Program-made: the position numbers and the translations under genes
Shown: positions 22,476 to 31,520 of the stretch, one piece after another
Layout of the letters: every line of letters begins with the position of its first letter
Numbering within the stretch: the first letter of the stretch is position 1
Assembly: GCF_000179635.2 (NCBI RefSeq)
Contig: NC_014824.1
Span: forward strand, 388,707-420,706
Source: Ruminococcus albus 7 = DSM 20455
GTDB taxonomy: Bacteria; Bacillota; Clostridia; Oscillospirales; Ruminococcaceae
Length of the DNA stretch: 32,000 nucleotides
Reading direction: 5' to 3'
Notes under the pieces: generated by a model
Told to the model about the DNA's origin: nothing
The model's input: the letters and a program-made list of their open reading frames with translations, nothing else
Database searches by the model: none

Positions 22476-23408
22476 ATGAACGTGACCATACTTTCCCGCA
22501 AGCAGGCAGAAGAACTTATCGCCGATGGCAGATTTCCCGAAAACAGCGCTGTTATTAGCTTTTACGATCCTCAGGAATATGCAACCGATGGTTACAGCCG
22601 TGTAGATTTCAGCCGCATAAATACAGAAGTTTTCTATGTTGAAGCCCCCGATATCGACTGGGATAGTTTTGAAAATATATCACCCGCTGAAGTCGGACTG
22701 ATAAAAGATATTTCCGAACTTGCAGACTTTATCTATGCCGCATTTGATCAAGATAAAAATATTATCTGCCAATGTGATTTCGGGCAAAGCAGAAGCGCAG
22801 GCTGTGCTGCCGCGATATTGGAACATTTTTATTCGTCAGGCAAAACCATATTTGAGGATAGAAAATATTTTCCGAACCAGATGATATTCGCCGAAGTTTT
22901 ACAGGCGCTGATACGAAAGAAAAGAGAAATGAAAGGAAATAAAGCTCAGATGAAAGTATATATCTATTCCCGTGAACAAGCCGAGAAAATGATAGCAGAA
23001 AATCGGTTCCCGACAAATACCGCTGTTATCAGTTTTTACGATCCTGCCATTAAGCACATCAACAAGAATTACACCCATATCGATTACAGCGGAGTCTGCG
23101 ATATGGTATTTTACAGCGAACTTGATGACCTGGATATTGATGTGCTTGGCAACAAGGGTTATACTTTTGAGAGCTATTTTTCCGAAGCCGATGACATGGC
23201 TGCGTTTGTTAAAAAAGCTTTTGAGTGCGGGCGGGATATCGTCTGCCAGTGCGAATATGGTCAAAGCCGAAGCGCAGGCTGTGCTGCGGCTATTCTGGAA
23301 CATTTCTATCATACTGGCATAACAGTGTTTGCGGATTATGCGCGGTTCCCTAATCAGCTGGTGTTCAATAAGCTGTTTGAGGCGTTGGAAAAGATCGATC
23401 CAAGGTGA
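22476..23408 (+). CDS. tandem-duplicated Cys-based (CX5R) phosphatase-like protein
   Basis: GAGGAGG RBS before ATG 22476. Two homologous halves of about 155 aa each end in CQC(D/E)(F/Y)GQSRSAGCAAAILEHFY, a CX5R(S/T) P-loop like the small predicted protein-tyrosine-phosphatase family. Confidence 0.6.
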   Translation: MNVTILSRKQAEELIADGRFPENSAVISFYDPQEYATDGYSRVDFSRINTEVFYVEAPDIDWDSFENISPAEVGLIKDISELADFIYAAFDQDKNIICQCDFGQSRSAGCAAAILEHFYSSGKTIFEDRKYFPNQMIFAEVLQALIRKKREMKGNKAQMKVYIYSREQAEKMIAENRFPTNTAVISFYDPAIKHINKNYTHIDYSGVCDMVFYSELDDLDIDVLGNKGYTFESYFSEADDMAAFVKKAFECGRDIVCQCEYGQSRSAGCAAAILEHFYHTGITVFADYARFPNQLVFNKLFEALEKIDPR

Positions 23409-23785
23409 ATTATGATATATCTCAAATGCTGTTGCGGGTATTTTCATACTAATACGGACATTCCCTAAGATCGTGTATCGGTGCTTTATAATAATGGCGC
23501 CATTCCACTTGCTTACTATCGTGTATTCTTCTTTTTGATAGATCTCATCTATAACATTGCTCAATACTCTGACAGGTGAGCTTTCTTCGATGTAGATCTC
23601 ATAATTCATGTTAAGACGCACTTGACAATTTCTCATTTTTGTGGTACAATCCTTTCGTTGGTTTAATGTTTTTTTGCAATTATATTATACCACAAAAAGA
23701 AGAGCTTGGCACTACTTTGATATAATCCCCTTAGAGTAGACACACGAAAAAACAAAAATCGTGAAAAACTCTAGGGGGTTATTTT

Positions 23786-24469
23786 ATGTCACGAAGAAAA
23801 CTGACAGATGAAGAAAGAATTCAAGCAGTGCAAGAATATCTTTCAGGAAAAGGGAGCTATGCATCAATAGCCAAGAAATATGGGGTTACAAAAGAAACGT
23901 TTAGACAAATGGTAGTTTTCGCAAAAACAGATGGAATAGAATCGGTCAGGATCAGCCATACAAAGAAACGGTATTCAGCGAAAACTAAGTTGAAAGCAGT
24001 AACTGAATATCTTGACTGTAAAGGAAGTCAAGTAGAGATATGCCGAAAGTATCATATTTCATCCACAAGTGTTTTAAGAAAGTGGATTTCATGTTATAAT
24101 AGCGGTAAGGACTTTAAAGAGCGCACACGCTCGGAAAGAGGAATTACCATGAACAAAGGCAGAAAAACAACACAGGAGGAACGTGCGGAGATCGTAGCGT
24201 TCTGCATTGAGAACGGCAAGGATTATGGGCTTGCGATGGAGAAATACGGCGTATCCTATCAGCAGATCTATTCCTGGGTACGCAAGTATGAAGCAAAAGG
24301 AGTGGAGGGACTCACAGACCGACGTGGCAAGGCAAAGTCGGAAGATGCGCTCACAGAAGCAGACAGGCTTCGTATGGAAAACAAGATACTGCAAGCCAAG
24401 CTGAAAGATATGGAAATGGAGAATAAGCTGCTAAAAAAACTCAGGGAGCTTCAAGGGGGTGGTCACTGA
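23786..24469 (+). CDS. IS3-family transposase OrfA (double HTH plus leucine zipper)
   Basis: Two HTH-like repeats (YASIAKKYGVTKETF; EICRKYHISSTSVLRKW; YGLAMEKYGVSYQQIYSWVRKY) and a coiled coil. A_AAA_AAA at 24433-24439, in frame, near the 3' end. Confidence 0.85.
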   Translation: MSRRKLTDEERIQAVQEYLSGKGSYASIAKKYGVTKETFRQMVVFAKTDGIESVRISHTKKRYSAKTKLKAVTEYLDCKGSQVEICRKYHISSTSVLRKWISCYNSGKDFKERTRSERGITMNKGRKTTQEERAEIVAFCIENGKDYGLAMEKYGVSYQQIYSWVRKYEAKGVEGLTDRRGKAKSEDALTEADRLRMENKILQAKLKDMEMENKLLKKLRELQGGGH

Positions 24470-24510
24470 GCGGAGTACGAAACGAGGACAAGTATATTGC
24501 GATCAGATAC

Positions 24511-25359
24511 ATGAATGAAGCAGAGCATTATCCGATTCAGAAGCTCTGTGCTGCTGTTCACGTCGCACGCTCTGCATATTACAAATGGCTGAAAAGGAAG
24601 CAGAGTTTAAGCCAGAAAGTCAATGAACAGCTTGTAGAATGGATCAAACAACACTATGAAGAACGCAATGGTATCTTAGGGTACCGTCAGATGACAGTCG
24701 TAATCAACCGTGAGCATGACGTGCATTACAACAAGAAACGGATTTACAGATTAATGCAGATTCTTCATCTGAAATCAGTCACCCGTGTCAAGAAGAATAC
24801 ATATATTCCGTCAACACCGCAGATCACAGCGGAGAATATTCTGAACAGAGATTTCCACGCAGATAAGCCGAATGAGAAGTGGCTCACCGATGTGACAGAG
24901 TTCAAATACTATGTCGGTTCGGTCATCAAGAAGTTGTATCTGAGTGCAATTCTGGATCTTTATGACAGACGCATCGTAGCTTACAAAATCGGTGACAGCA
25001 ATAACAATCATCTTGTATTTTCCACATTTGACGAAGCGATAGAACACAATCCTGATGCCCACCCGATCTTCCACAGTGACAGAGGTTTTCAGTATACCAA
25101 CAAAACATTTCACAAAAAACTTGTAGATGCAGGAATGATACAGAGTATGTCCCGAGTCGGAAGATGCATAGATAACGGACCGATGGAAGGCTGGTGGGGC
25201 GTTCTGAAATCCGAGATGTACTACCTTCGTAAGTTTACAGATAAAACCAGTCTGATCGCAGCGATTGAAGAATACATCAGATACTACAACACTGGTCGGT
25301 ATCAAATCAAACTGAACAGCATGACACCGATGGAGTTTCACCGGGCGTATGCTGCGTGA
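24511..25359 (+). CDS. IS3-family transposase OrfB (DDE catalytic domain), expected as an OrfAB fusion by -1 frameshift
   Basis: The -1 frame relative to orfA is open from the slippery site at 24433. DDE context WLTDVTEF, HSDRGFQYT and NGPMEGWWGVLKSE. Confidence 0.85.
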   Translation: MNEAEHYPIQKLCAAVHVARSAYYKWLKRKQSLSQKVNEQLVEWIKQHYEERNGILGYRQMTVVINREHDVHYNKKRIYRLMQILHLKSVTRVKKNTYIPSTPQITAENILNRDFHADKPNEKWLTDVTEFKYYVGSVIKKLYLSAILDLYDRRIVAYKIGDSNNNHLVFSTFDEAIEHNPDAHPIFHSDRGFQYTNKTFHKKLVDAGMIQSMSRVGRCIDNGPMEGWWGVLKSEMYYLRKFTDKTSLIAAIEEYIRYYNTGRYQIKLNSMTPMEFHRAYAA

Positions 25360-25606
25360 CCGGGCGCCGCGGCATTTCACTTTCTTCGTTCGTCGCTACG
25401 CTCCTCACTACGAAAGTGAAATGCCAATTACTGCTAACAAATAGCAGCCTGCACATATTGCACAGACTGCTTTTGGTCACAACATAGAATATTTTTGTTT
25501 TTTACACTGTCTATTTGACAGGGGGCGGGTCACCTTTCAATCAGGTCTGTGCCAGGCTCTTTTTCTTTGTTGGGGCTACAACAGCCCCTTTGTTACGGGT
25601 TTTGAT

Positions 25607-26599
25607 TTATATGACGTCATCCATTGACTCTTTTCTATCGAAAAAGTCACGAAGGATACTGTCACCGATCTCATCACAGAAGTCACATGCAGCTTTTGTC
25701 GATATCGTTTCCATATTCCATTCCTCTTTCACCTTTGCAAGCGCAGAAACTTTCTGTCCATAAACCTGCAGCTTAGCATCTCTGGAAATAAGGAGTTCTC
25801 CGTTCTTTGCATATTTACCTACTATGAAATTGGAGATCTTTTTACCTTTATTCATCTTTATGAACATTGCTTGCTGGTTCATAAGATTTGCGATCTGACT
25901 GTCGCTGTACTCTATACCGTTGACAAATCCATGCTTATGGATAAGTACAAATCTTTCAGCAGGAGGGAGTCTGTCAAGAGCCTTTTCAACGTCGGATTTC
26001 ATATATTGCTGATCAACAATCTCCTCGCAAGTTGCTGTCAAGTCAGGAATAGAGTGATTAAAATTGTCATCATCAAGAGACTGAGCCTCGTTTTGACGAG
26101 AGCCAACCATGCATCTTTCAATGGTGGTTGTAGGTATATCTTCACCTCGGTTTGCCAGAATGCAGGATCTTATCTCATCAGCGTTAGGATAATAATTAGC
26201 TCCTTTAATGGCCTGAATATCGGCTATGGCCATCTTTATCTTTTTTTCGTTGATCATGTAGTGATTCGACGAGTTAGATGTTGCTTTGTTAAGCTCATCG
26301 AGTATTGCAGCTTTGATCTGCGACACAGCGAAGGTATGGAACTGAGTACCTTCATTGAATTTATATCTTTTTGCAGCATAGAATATACCGTATCGACCGG
26401 CCTGCATAAGTTCGTCCCAACTAGTCCTCTTGTTTGTGGTAAAGTGCTTTAAAGTCGAAGTTATCAGACCGATGTTCTTTTCGATGAGCACAGTAGCTGC
26501 AAGTTCCTTTTCACGCTTAGTGAATTGTGATTCAAGATCCTGATAGATCCTGACGATATCTTCGTTCGTAAGTTCTATTATCTCTTCTCTTGTGATCAT
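25607..26599 (-). CDS. sigma-70-family RNA polymerase sigma factor with atypical region 4 and a C-terminal extension
   Basis: GGAGAG RBS. Region 2-like LIEKNIGLITSTLKHF....WDELMQAGRYGIFYAAKRYKFNEGTQFHTFAVSQIKAAILDEL. Region 4-like LDRLPPAERFVLIHKHGF..G.EYSDSQIANLM, followed by about 90 extra residues. Confidence 0.7.
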   Translation of the reverse strand: MITREEIIELTNEDIVRIYQDLESQFTKREKELAATVLIEKNIGLITSTLKHFTTNKRTSWDELMQAGRYGIFYAAKRYKFNEGTQFHTFAVSQIKAAILDELNKATSNSSNHYMINEKKIKMAIADIQAIKGANYYPNADEIRSCILANRGEDIPTTTIERCMVGSRQNEAQSLDDDNFNHSIPDLTATCEEIVDQQYMKSDVEKALDRLPPAERFVLIHKHGFVNGIEYSDSQIANLMNQQAMFIKMNKGKKISNFIVGKYAKNGELLISRDAKLQVYGQKVSALAKVKEEWNMETISTKAACDFCDEIGDSILRDFFDRKESMDDVI

Positions 26600-26626
26600 A
26601 ATTATACTCTCCTTATGGTTCTTTGT

Positions 26627-26887
26627 CTACTCGGCTTTTTTGACTTTTAAATAATCGAGCGCTCTTGGAATCATGCCGCCTAATTCCGCGAGAAGAATGT
26701 ATGATGATAGCTCGATTTTATTCTTCGCGGCTTCGATGTACTCAAGTACAGACAAAACCTGGTCGCCGGGGATATTAACTTTTGTCGTAACAACAAGCTG
26801 ATTAAAAATATCTATCGTGTTTTTATTTTTTAGATCATGCGTTAATGCATAAACCGTTAAAGCATCAGCAATATTATCATCAAACAA
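26627..26887 (-). CDS. small hypothetical protein co-transcribed upstream of the sigma gene
   Basis: TTG 26887 lies 5 nt after GGAGGTGG. The track start at 26926 lies at or upstream of the predicted transcription start of the promoter at 26931-26959. The gene ends 27 nt before the sigma ATG. Confidence 0.5.
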   Translation of the reverse strand: MFDDNIADALTVYALTHDLKNKNTIDIFNQLVVTTKVNIPGDQVLSVLEYIEAAKNKIELSSYILLAELGGMIPRALDYLKVKKAE

Positions 26888-26930
26888 AAATCCCACCTCC
26901 GGATATATTTTTCTTTCTTTCGACAACTAA

Positions 26931-26959
26931 ATTATATCATATAAATTTTTAGGTTGCAA
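26931..26959 (-). promoter_or_regulatory. near-consensus sigma-A promoter of the small-ORF/sigma operon
   Basis: Read on the minus strand: TTGCAA (26959-26954), 17-nt spacer, TATAAT (26936-26931). Confidence 0.55.
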
Positions 26960-27031
26960 TAGGATTGGTAAAAAAATTTTTCTATATACTTAAAGTGGTA
27001 ATTTAGTACAAAAAAAAACACAGCAAATTTT

Positions 27032-27060
27032 TTCTTTTTTAGAAAATATTCTGCTATAAT
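27032..27060 (+). promoter_or_regulatory. junction-type promoter module I (weaker copy)
   Basis: TTCTTT 27032-27037, ATATTC 27046-27051, TATAAT 27055-27060. The downstream ataattatatatata resembles module H. Confidence 0.4.
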
Positions 27061-27097
27061 AATTATATATATACAGTAATAAAGGAGATGTCACACT

Positions 27098-28246
27098 TTG
27101 CCAAAGATATTAAAGACATTTTGCGTTAATTGCGGCAACAGTTTTGAATGCCGAGAGGATAGATTCCCGATATGTAAATGCGGCCACACAATCCCTCTTT
27201 TTGAAAACGATGTTCGTTATGCAAAAATAGATTGTAATGATGAGATGTATGATACCGAAGAGTTTTATGATATCCAATCCAATCTTATAATTTATGATAA
27301 CGGAAATGAAAAGAAATACACCGAAAACGACTATCTTACTCTGATAGAAATTTTGCCTGAACTGTATTTTTATCGTGAAGATGATGTTTGTATTCTTCTG
27401 CTTGCCGATCTTCCTTACGAAAGGAATTTAATTCAGGATTTTACTGCATCCGAATTATATCTTCACCCTATATATTGTCAGAATTCTTCAGTTTATAATT
27501 GCCTTTTTGATCTGGGGGAGATAAATGCTGCCAGGACAATGATCCACAATAAAAAACTTCTGAATTTCAACAACAAAACACAGGAGTCATATTTTCGGAA
27601 AACGGTCTCTGTTTATCTAGAAGGAGAGCTTGGAGATAATATCTTCACGGCCATTGAATGCTGCTTGAATCGATTTGAGATAGAATACTGCAGCGTTTTG
27701 ATCAAATCAAACCTGTCACTATCTGATTTTAAACGGCTTATCAGAAATACTGATTTTGATAAACAGACATTGTGCAGGTACTTGAATGAAGCTGCACTTG
27801 TTCAAATAAAAGGCGATGATGCCATAAAAATGATAGAGGAATACGATTTTTACAAAAAAGAACACGAATTTCTTTCAGTCAATTTCGATGAAGGCAATCC
27901 GATTTATCATAATCATCATCTTGCGACAATATCATATAATCTCTACCTGAAAAACGGATTACTGGAATACCGTAAATATAGCAGTAGATATACGGAAGAT
28001 TATGATGCTCTTCAGGTCGATGAATTTAAAATAAAACTTATCAGCGGAAAAGAACTTACCGACCTGTCGGCAGGTATACTGCCAAACGGTACAACGGCAC
28101 CTGCTATAGGTGTTTTTGAGAACGATAACCTTGTGACTTTGATCGCGAATTCAAATGACCGTATTTATGTAAATGGGAGACAAGACGATATCGTAAAGGC
28201 AGCTGTCAATAAATTTTTGGATTCTACTGACGGAATAAATATATAA
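27098..28246 (+). CDS. hypothetical protein with an N-terminal Cys4 zinc ribbon
   Basis: TTG start 9 nt after AAAGGAG. CVNCG...CKCGH. The remainder is unassigned. Confidence 0.6.
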   Translation: MPKILKTFCVNCGNSFECREDRFPICKCGHTIPLFENDVRYAKIDCNDEMYDTEEFYDIQSNLIIYDNGNEKKYTENDYLTLIEILPELYFYREDDVCILLLADLPYERNLIQDFTASELYLHPIYCQNSSVYNCLFDLGEINAARTMIHNKKLLNFNNKTQESYFRKTVSVYLEGELGDNIFTAIECCLNRFEIEYCSVLIKSNLSLSDFKRLIRNTDFDKQTLCRYLNEAALVQIKGDDAIKMIEEYDFYKKEHEFLSVNFDEGNPIYHNHHLATISYNLYLKNGLLEYRKYSSRYTEDYDALQVDEFKIKLISGKELTDLSAGILPNGTTAPAIGVFENDNLVTLIANSNDRIYVNGRQDDIVKAAVNKFLDSTDGINI

Positions 28247-28266
28247 AAAGAAAGAGGTACAAAACT

Positions 28267-29109
28267 ATGAATTTTTACGGGTTCAAACTAAACACCAGAG
28301 ATTTTGATTCTGCTGAGAAAATAGTAGAACAGGTAAAGCGTCTTGTATACGATAAAGCACAAAAGATCTACAGAGAGCTGCTTTCTCATGAGATCCAAGT
28401 GCTTACAGATGAATGCGTCGTTGGACTTCATGATAACGATAAAATAAACTGTATATATGATGCTGCAACCGAGCTCTTGCAGAAAAAGATAGCTGTTGCT
28501 ATCGCAAAAGGACTTGATACAGAATATAATTTCAATGTTGTACTGAATATGTTTTCATACAACAAGGAGATCTACATTCAAATTGCAACGTATAATTTTA
28601 TTTATTACAAGGTTTTGCTTGATATCAAAGACATGCGGGATCTTTCTATCCATAGCGTTGTTGAGCAGGAAGAAAGAGATAAGAGAGTCAAGCTCTGGGA
28701 AAACATTATAGACAAATACAAAGATCATTCTTGCTTTACCGTAAAGGTTTTCCCGACAAATGATTCCTTTATAAAGCCTGATTTTAAGGATCTTATATTT
28801 GACAGCCCAATGCAAAGAGCGGAAGTCCTGGCCCGTCACAGAGTAATGAATCAGTATCTTTCACTGTATGCCGGCGGCGGAACGATTCAGCCTGAAAAAC
28901 TTATGGAGTATTACGAACAAGCATTTATGAAGCTTGATTCTCCCGAGGGCGGAGAACTCAGAGAACAGTACAAAAGTGATCTTCTGCGATTTTTACCTGT
29001 TATCGAAGAAAAGATCGTTATGACTAAGATGACGGATGAAGCTCCGATCAATAAACAGCTGCAAAATATACTGGAAAAAACCCCCGGTGAAGAACAGTCG
29101 AGTCTATAA
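28267..29109 (+). CDS. hypothetical protein
   Basis: AGAGG RBS, 20 nt after the previous stop on the same strand. No recognisable domain. Confidence 0.65.
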   Translation: MNFYGFKLNTRDFDSAEKIVEQVKRLVYDKAQKIYRELLSHEIQVLTDECVVGLHDNDKINCIYDAATELLQKKIAVAIAKGLDTEYNFNVVLNMFSYNKEIYIQIATYNFIYYKVLLDIKDMRDLSIHSVVEQEERDKRVKLWENIIDKYKDHSCFTVKVFPTNDSFIKPDFKDLIFDSPMQRAEVLARHRVMNQYLSLYAGGGTIQPEKLMEYYEQAFMKLDSPEGGELREQYKSDLLRFLPVIEEKIVMTKMTDEAPINKQLQNILEKTPGEEQSSL

Positions 29110-29503
29110 ATCCAATCTACAGAAGAAGCCAATGTCGAAGTTTGGCATAACAGGCTCCCTTTTGACTATGCTAAGTTCATAGGGAACTGCGTTATATAAG
29201 AATGTGTGTTTATCCGTGAACGTATAGCCTAATCTGCAGCTCTATGGTCAACGAGCAAATATTTCCCAGAGGATAGAACAGCGTTGCTGATTCAAAATCT
29301 TGTAATAACATTGGAAAAGGCTGACTTGCAGTTTTTATGTGCTGTCCCATTGATTAAGACATATCAGAAATGCCATAGGGCATAAAGCTCTATGGCATAT
29401 TATCTGATTATAAATTTATTCCGTTTTTGCTATTTTGTGATTGTAATGTGTAGTTTTGTCGCCGAATTGTACAGCATACACATGCGGATTTCGATACATT
29501 AAG

Positions 29504-30156
29504 TTATGTGTCAAAAATAATACATTTATCTGGTGTACAAAACTCTGAAACGCATGTTTCTGTATCATAATATTCACCGCATTTCGGACATTTGAATATT
29601 ATAGTATCATTTCCACAATTAAGACACAATCCTCTGGCAAATCCATGATTGTCATCAATATTCAAATCGTCAAAGGCAACCATTGTTTCGCCACAAAAAT
29701 GACATTTTACATACATAACGGCATTTGAAGCATGCACAGACGTAGAATTGGAGTTATATATCAAACCACAACGGTAGCATCTTTTGTAAGGCAACATTGT
29801 TTGTAATCCAATGTCGCATATTGGACAATAATACAGTTTCCCATAATCAGACTTTGCTTTTTCGTTTAATTTTTCAGCGAAATTATAGTTTGCAAGAAGC
29901 TTCTTATACTCGGTGCTATTGATGAGATCAGTGATAATGATGTCTTTTTCACCCGCACTAATGTCAGTAAGCATTTCTACAATGATATAGATGAATATGT
30001 GTATAATGTCATTTTCAATTTGATTAATCTCGCTTGGTGTAAAAGTATAATTTTGATGTACTAGCTTATTTCTATAGTTTTGAAATTTATCCATGTATGC
30101 AAAATGGCTAGAAAAGGTTGTGCTTAATTCTTTATTGCTTTTCATATAATTTTTTA
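29504..30156 (-). pseudogene. C-terminal fragment of an IS-split HEPN-like / multi-Zn-ribbon gene
   Basis: Continues 31178-31470 across the IS. Contains YRNKLVHQ (Rx4H) and four or five CxxC pairs (CPICD, CYRCG, CHFCG, CLNCG, CPKCG). Confidence 0.6.
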
Positions 30157-31177
30157 TGGTTATCCCTTTAACACACCACAAGTAAGATCACTGCACCAAA
30201 GCAGCCAAAAGCCTTAAATACGCACTGTTTCCCAGCTTACGACGGTTGAATTTGTAGCAGTATTCGGCAGCATATAACGCTGTGTGGATCTTTTCGTTTC
30301 CGTGGTAAGTTCCCATGATCATTGCTTTGAAGTTTGATATAACTTTATGCATCCAGTTCAGCTGACCGCTTGTCGGATCATATGTTTCAAAAACATGGAA
30401 GTATTTCTGTGCCAACGGTTTCTTGTAACTTCGAGCATTATCACTCTCGATCTTCGAGCCTGCGCGGATATTATCCCTGGCAAATCTACCAACAGTTATA
30501 CCCTTTAAATTCGGCACATCGCTCATTTTAACGTACTCGGGATTTCCTGCTGCGTTCTTTGACAAAGCTACTATCATCTTGACTTTTTCAGTTCCTCTGC
30601 CACGCTTTTTACCGTGAGTCGGAGCACCGAGATACGTGTCATCAAGTTCAACGATCCCGTCAAGCAAATAGCGTTCTTCACGGCATTTCATAGCTTTTCT
30701 GATGCGATGAAGGATGTACCATGCAGTCTTGTAGGTCACCCCCAAAGACCTCATCAGCGTAACAGCAGAAACGCTGCATTTGTTGCTCATAATGAGGAAT
30801 GCGGTGACTATCCACAGTCTGAGCGGAATATGTGTTCTGTGCATAAAAGTTCCGTTTGTGGCGGATATATCTGCTTTACAGAACTTGCATCGCAGCAGAT
30901 GGCGTGACCTTATCCTGCGGTACTCAGAGCCACCGCAAAACGGGCAGGCAAAACCCTTTTCAAAGCGGATATCAAGCAGAAAATCCTTGCAAAAGCTTTC
31001 ATCTGCGAACTTTGAGTATATCCCATCAAGTGTGATCTCAGGTTTCGGAAATCTTTTTGACATAGCGACAGCTCCCTTCGGTTTCTGTCACTATTATACT
31101 ATATTTTCTGAGTTTTGAGGTCTGTTTATTTGGACAGCATTGTAAATTATCTGTGGTGTGTTAAAGGGATAACCATG
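30157..31177 (-). mobile_element. IS1595-family insertion sequence
   Basis: Perfect 23-bp terminal inverted repeats ggttatccctttaacacaccaca (30158-30180) and tgtggtgtgttaaagggataacc (31152-31174). Flanked by direct repeat TAATTTTTTA (30147-30156 and 31178-31187). Confidence 0.8.
30188..31063 (-). CDS. IS1595-family (ISXO2-like) transposase
   Basis: N-terminal Zn ribbon CPFCGG...CKFCK, then HTH-like SAVTLMRSLGVTYKTAWYILHRIR, then DDE region IVELDDTYLG. Confidence 0.85.
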   Translation of the reverse strand: MSKRFPKPEITLDGIYSKFADESFCKDFLLDIRFEKGFACPFCGGSEYRRIRSRHLLRCKFCKADISATNGTFMHRTHIPLRLWIVTAFLIMSNKCSVSAVTLMRSLGVTYKTAWYILHRIRKAMKCREERYLLDGIVELDDTYLGAPTHGKKRGRGTEKVKMIVALSKNAAGNPEYVKMSDVPNLKGITVGRFARDNIRAGSKIESDNARSYKKPLAQKYFHVFETYDPTSGQLNWMHKVISNFKAMIMGTYHGNEKIHTALYAAEYCYKFNRRKLGNSAYLRLLAALVQ

Positions 31178-31470
31178 TAATTTTTTAATTGCTCAAATTC
31201 ATTAATTCTTAGTTCGTTGTTTTGGAAGGCGTCATAGATTTGATCTATCGAAAGCCCGTGGATACTCTTGGTTTCAAAAATAATGCGCACATCTACTGTT
31301 TCGGCTATTTTATATTTCATCGCTAATTCAAGAGCCATCTGTGTATTTACGATGGATAATATCTGATCAGCGTATGCTTTATTTTCAAGCCAGCGATTAA
31401 AATGATAAATCGCATCATTAAAGAATACAATAGCATTTTTAAATAATGAATCTGTAATTATGTTGCTCAT
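31178..31470 (-). pseudogene. N-terminal fragment of the IS-split HEPN-like gene
   Basis: GAGG RBS. The reading frame runs ...EFEQLKNY into the IS inverted repeat and stops at 31147. KNY is repeated at the other junction (the target duplication), so the two halves join in frame. Confidence 0.6.
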
Positions 31471-31491
31471 AAACTATCAATCCTCTTTTAC

Positions 31492-31520
31492 ATTATATAT
31501 CATAGGTATAAAAAAGTCAA
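31492..31520 (-). promoter_or_regulatory. near-consensus sigma-A promoter of the HEPN-like gene
   Basis: Read on the minus strand: TTGACT (31520-31515), 17-nt spacer, TATAAT (31497-31492). Confidence 0.5.

Larger units (their letters stand above)
23718..25532 (+). mobile_element. IS3-family insertion sequence
   Basis: Termini are TGA...TCA. Imperfect inverted repeats of about 35-45 bp (left ..tccccttagagtagacacacgaaaaaacaaaaat; reverse complement of right ..ccccctgtcaaatagacagtgtaaaaaacaaaaat). orfA/orfB have an A7 slippery site. A target duplication is not unambiguous. Confidence 0.8.

Noticed and set aside
22899-23636. 245-aa minus-strand ORF
   Set aside because: About 170 of its codons are antisense to the well-supported phosphatase-like gene. 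Only the first 70 or so codons (23409-23636) lie in intergenic DNA, and these are treated as a possible transposase remnant, not a live gene.
24811-25380. 189-aa minus-strand ORF (and 24926-25108, 24089-24394, 24207-24404)
   Set aside because: They lie inside or antisense to IS3 orfA/orfB, which have clear transposase motifs.
25871-26452. 193-aa plus-strand ORF
   Set aside because: It is antisense to the sigma-factor gene. It has no RBS and its product is Cys/Val/Ile-rich and low-complexity.
30614-31118. Plus-strand ORFs 30614-30907 and 30780-31118
   Set aside because: They are antisense to the IS1595 transposase gene.
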